Assembly (NCBI GenBank): GCA_045604385.1
Contig: JAZUNX010000051.1
Location: 1,501 to 65,500 of the forward strand
Length of the DNA stretch: 64,000 nucleotides
Reading direction: 5' to 3'
DNA from: Acutalibacteraceae bacterium
Lineage (GTDB): Bacteria > Bacillota > Clostridia > Oscillospirales > Acutalibacteraceae
Shown: piece after piece, positions 63,931 to 64,000 of the stretch
Position numbering within the stretch: position 1 is the first letter of the stretch
Layout of the letters: each line of letters opens with the position of its first letter
Translations under genes and position numbers: made by a program
The notes under the pieces: generated by a model
Seen by the model: the letters and a program-made list of their open reading frames with translations, nothing else
What the model was told of the DNA's origin: nothing
Database searches by the model: none

Positions 63931-64000
63931 CAGTTATTTGTTTTTCAGAGAAAATGCTATAAGCTTATCTTTTTCATTTTCCACCTTTCCGTCGATTACT

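Noticed and set aside
63934-64000. Possible 3' end of a convergent minus-strand gene (...VIDGKVENEKDKLIAFSLKNK*) after the shared terminator hairpin.
   Set aside because: Only 21 codons are visible. That is too short to distinguish from chance, so it is not listed as a feature.

Overview
This window looks like a chromosomal segment from a low-GC, spore-forming Firmicute (Clostridia-like). That guess rests on spoIVB, the tig-clpP-clpX order, Gram-positive-type SD sequences and frequent TTG/GTG starts. It is densely coding, and I saw no integrase, transposase, CRISPR array or rRNA.

Gene content, left to right:
- M16-like peptidase pair.
- PucR-type regulator.
- ftsEX, then two tandem coiled-coil M23 peptidases and an S41 (Ctp-like) protein.
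- A large GT2/TagF-type teichoic-acid enzyme.
- spoIVB.
- rfbC-rfbD, on the minus strand.
- tmcAL, mtaB, a PBP5-type carboxypeptidase, pgi, rnhB, yraN, thrC.
- tig-clpP-clpX, secG.
- An L-fucose operon (fucA-fucU-fucK-fucI), followed by GH35, GH4 and two Gfo/Idh/MocA oxidoreductases.
- A minus-strand tungsten-type operon: mog/moaB, ThiF-like E1, aldehyde:ferredoxin oxidoreductase, MoaD-like Ubl.
- Diverging from it, a nine-gene tupABC-moeA-moeA-moaC-moaA-MOSC operon preceded by a Moco/Tuco-riboswitch-like leader.
- tRNA-Leu(CAG).
- An FkbM methyltransferase, repeat-domain envelope proteins, a ProX-like deacylase, GDPD.
- A glycan-degradation set: GH30, CE2/SGNH esterase, AEC transporter, GH27.

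The most interesting non-coding signal is a ~270-nt repeat present three times (4850-5126, 28253-28520, and 14404-14680 on the minus strand):
- Each copy sits between the stop codon of one gene and the SD of the next co-directional gene.
- All three have the same orientation relative to transcription.
- The ~34-nt terminal arms are inverted and show compensatory changes between copies, and internal hairpins are conserved.
- I do not recognise it as any named RNA family or MITE.

Secondary leads:
- A promoter-driven, GC-rich structured leader upstream of tRNA-Leu that contains an exact 23-nt copy of the tRNA 5' end.
- A heptamer phased at 24 bp in a convergent gene gap.
- An S41 homolog whose nucleophile serine appears to be replaced.
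- A MoaD-like GG protein with a large insertion, translationally coupled to AOR.
- A GH27 with a roughly 135-aa domain nested in the barrel.

All calls come from reading the sequence and the ORF translations. No database search, alignment or folding program was run.
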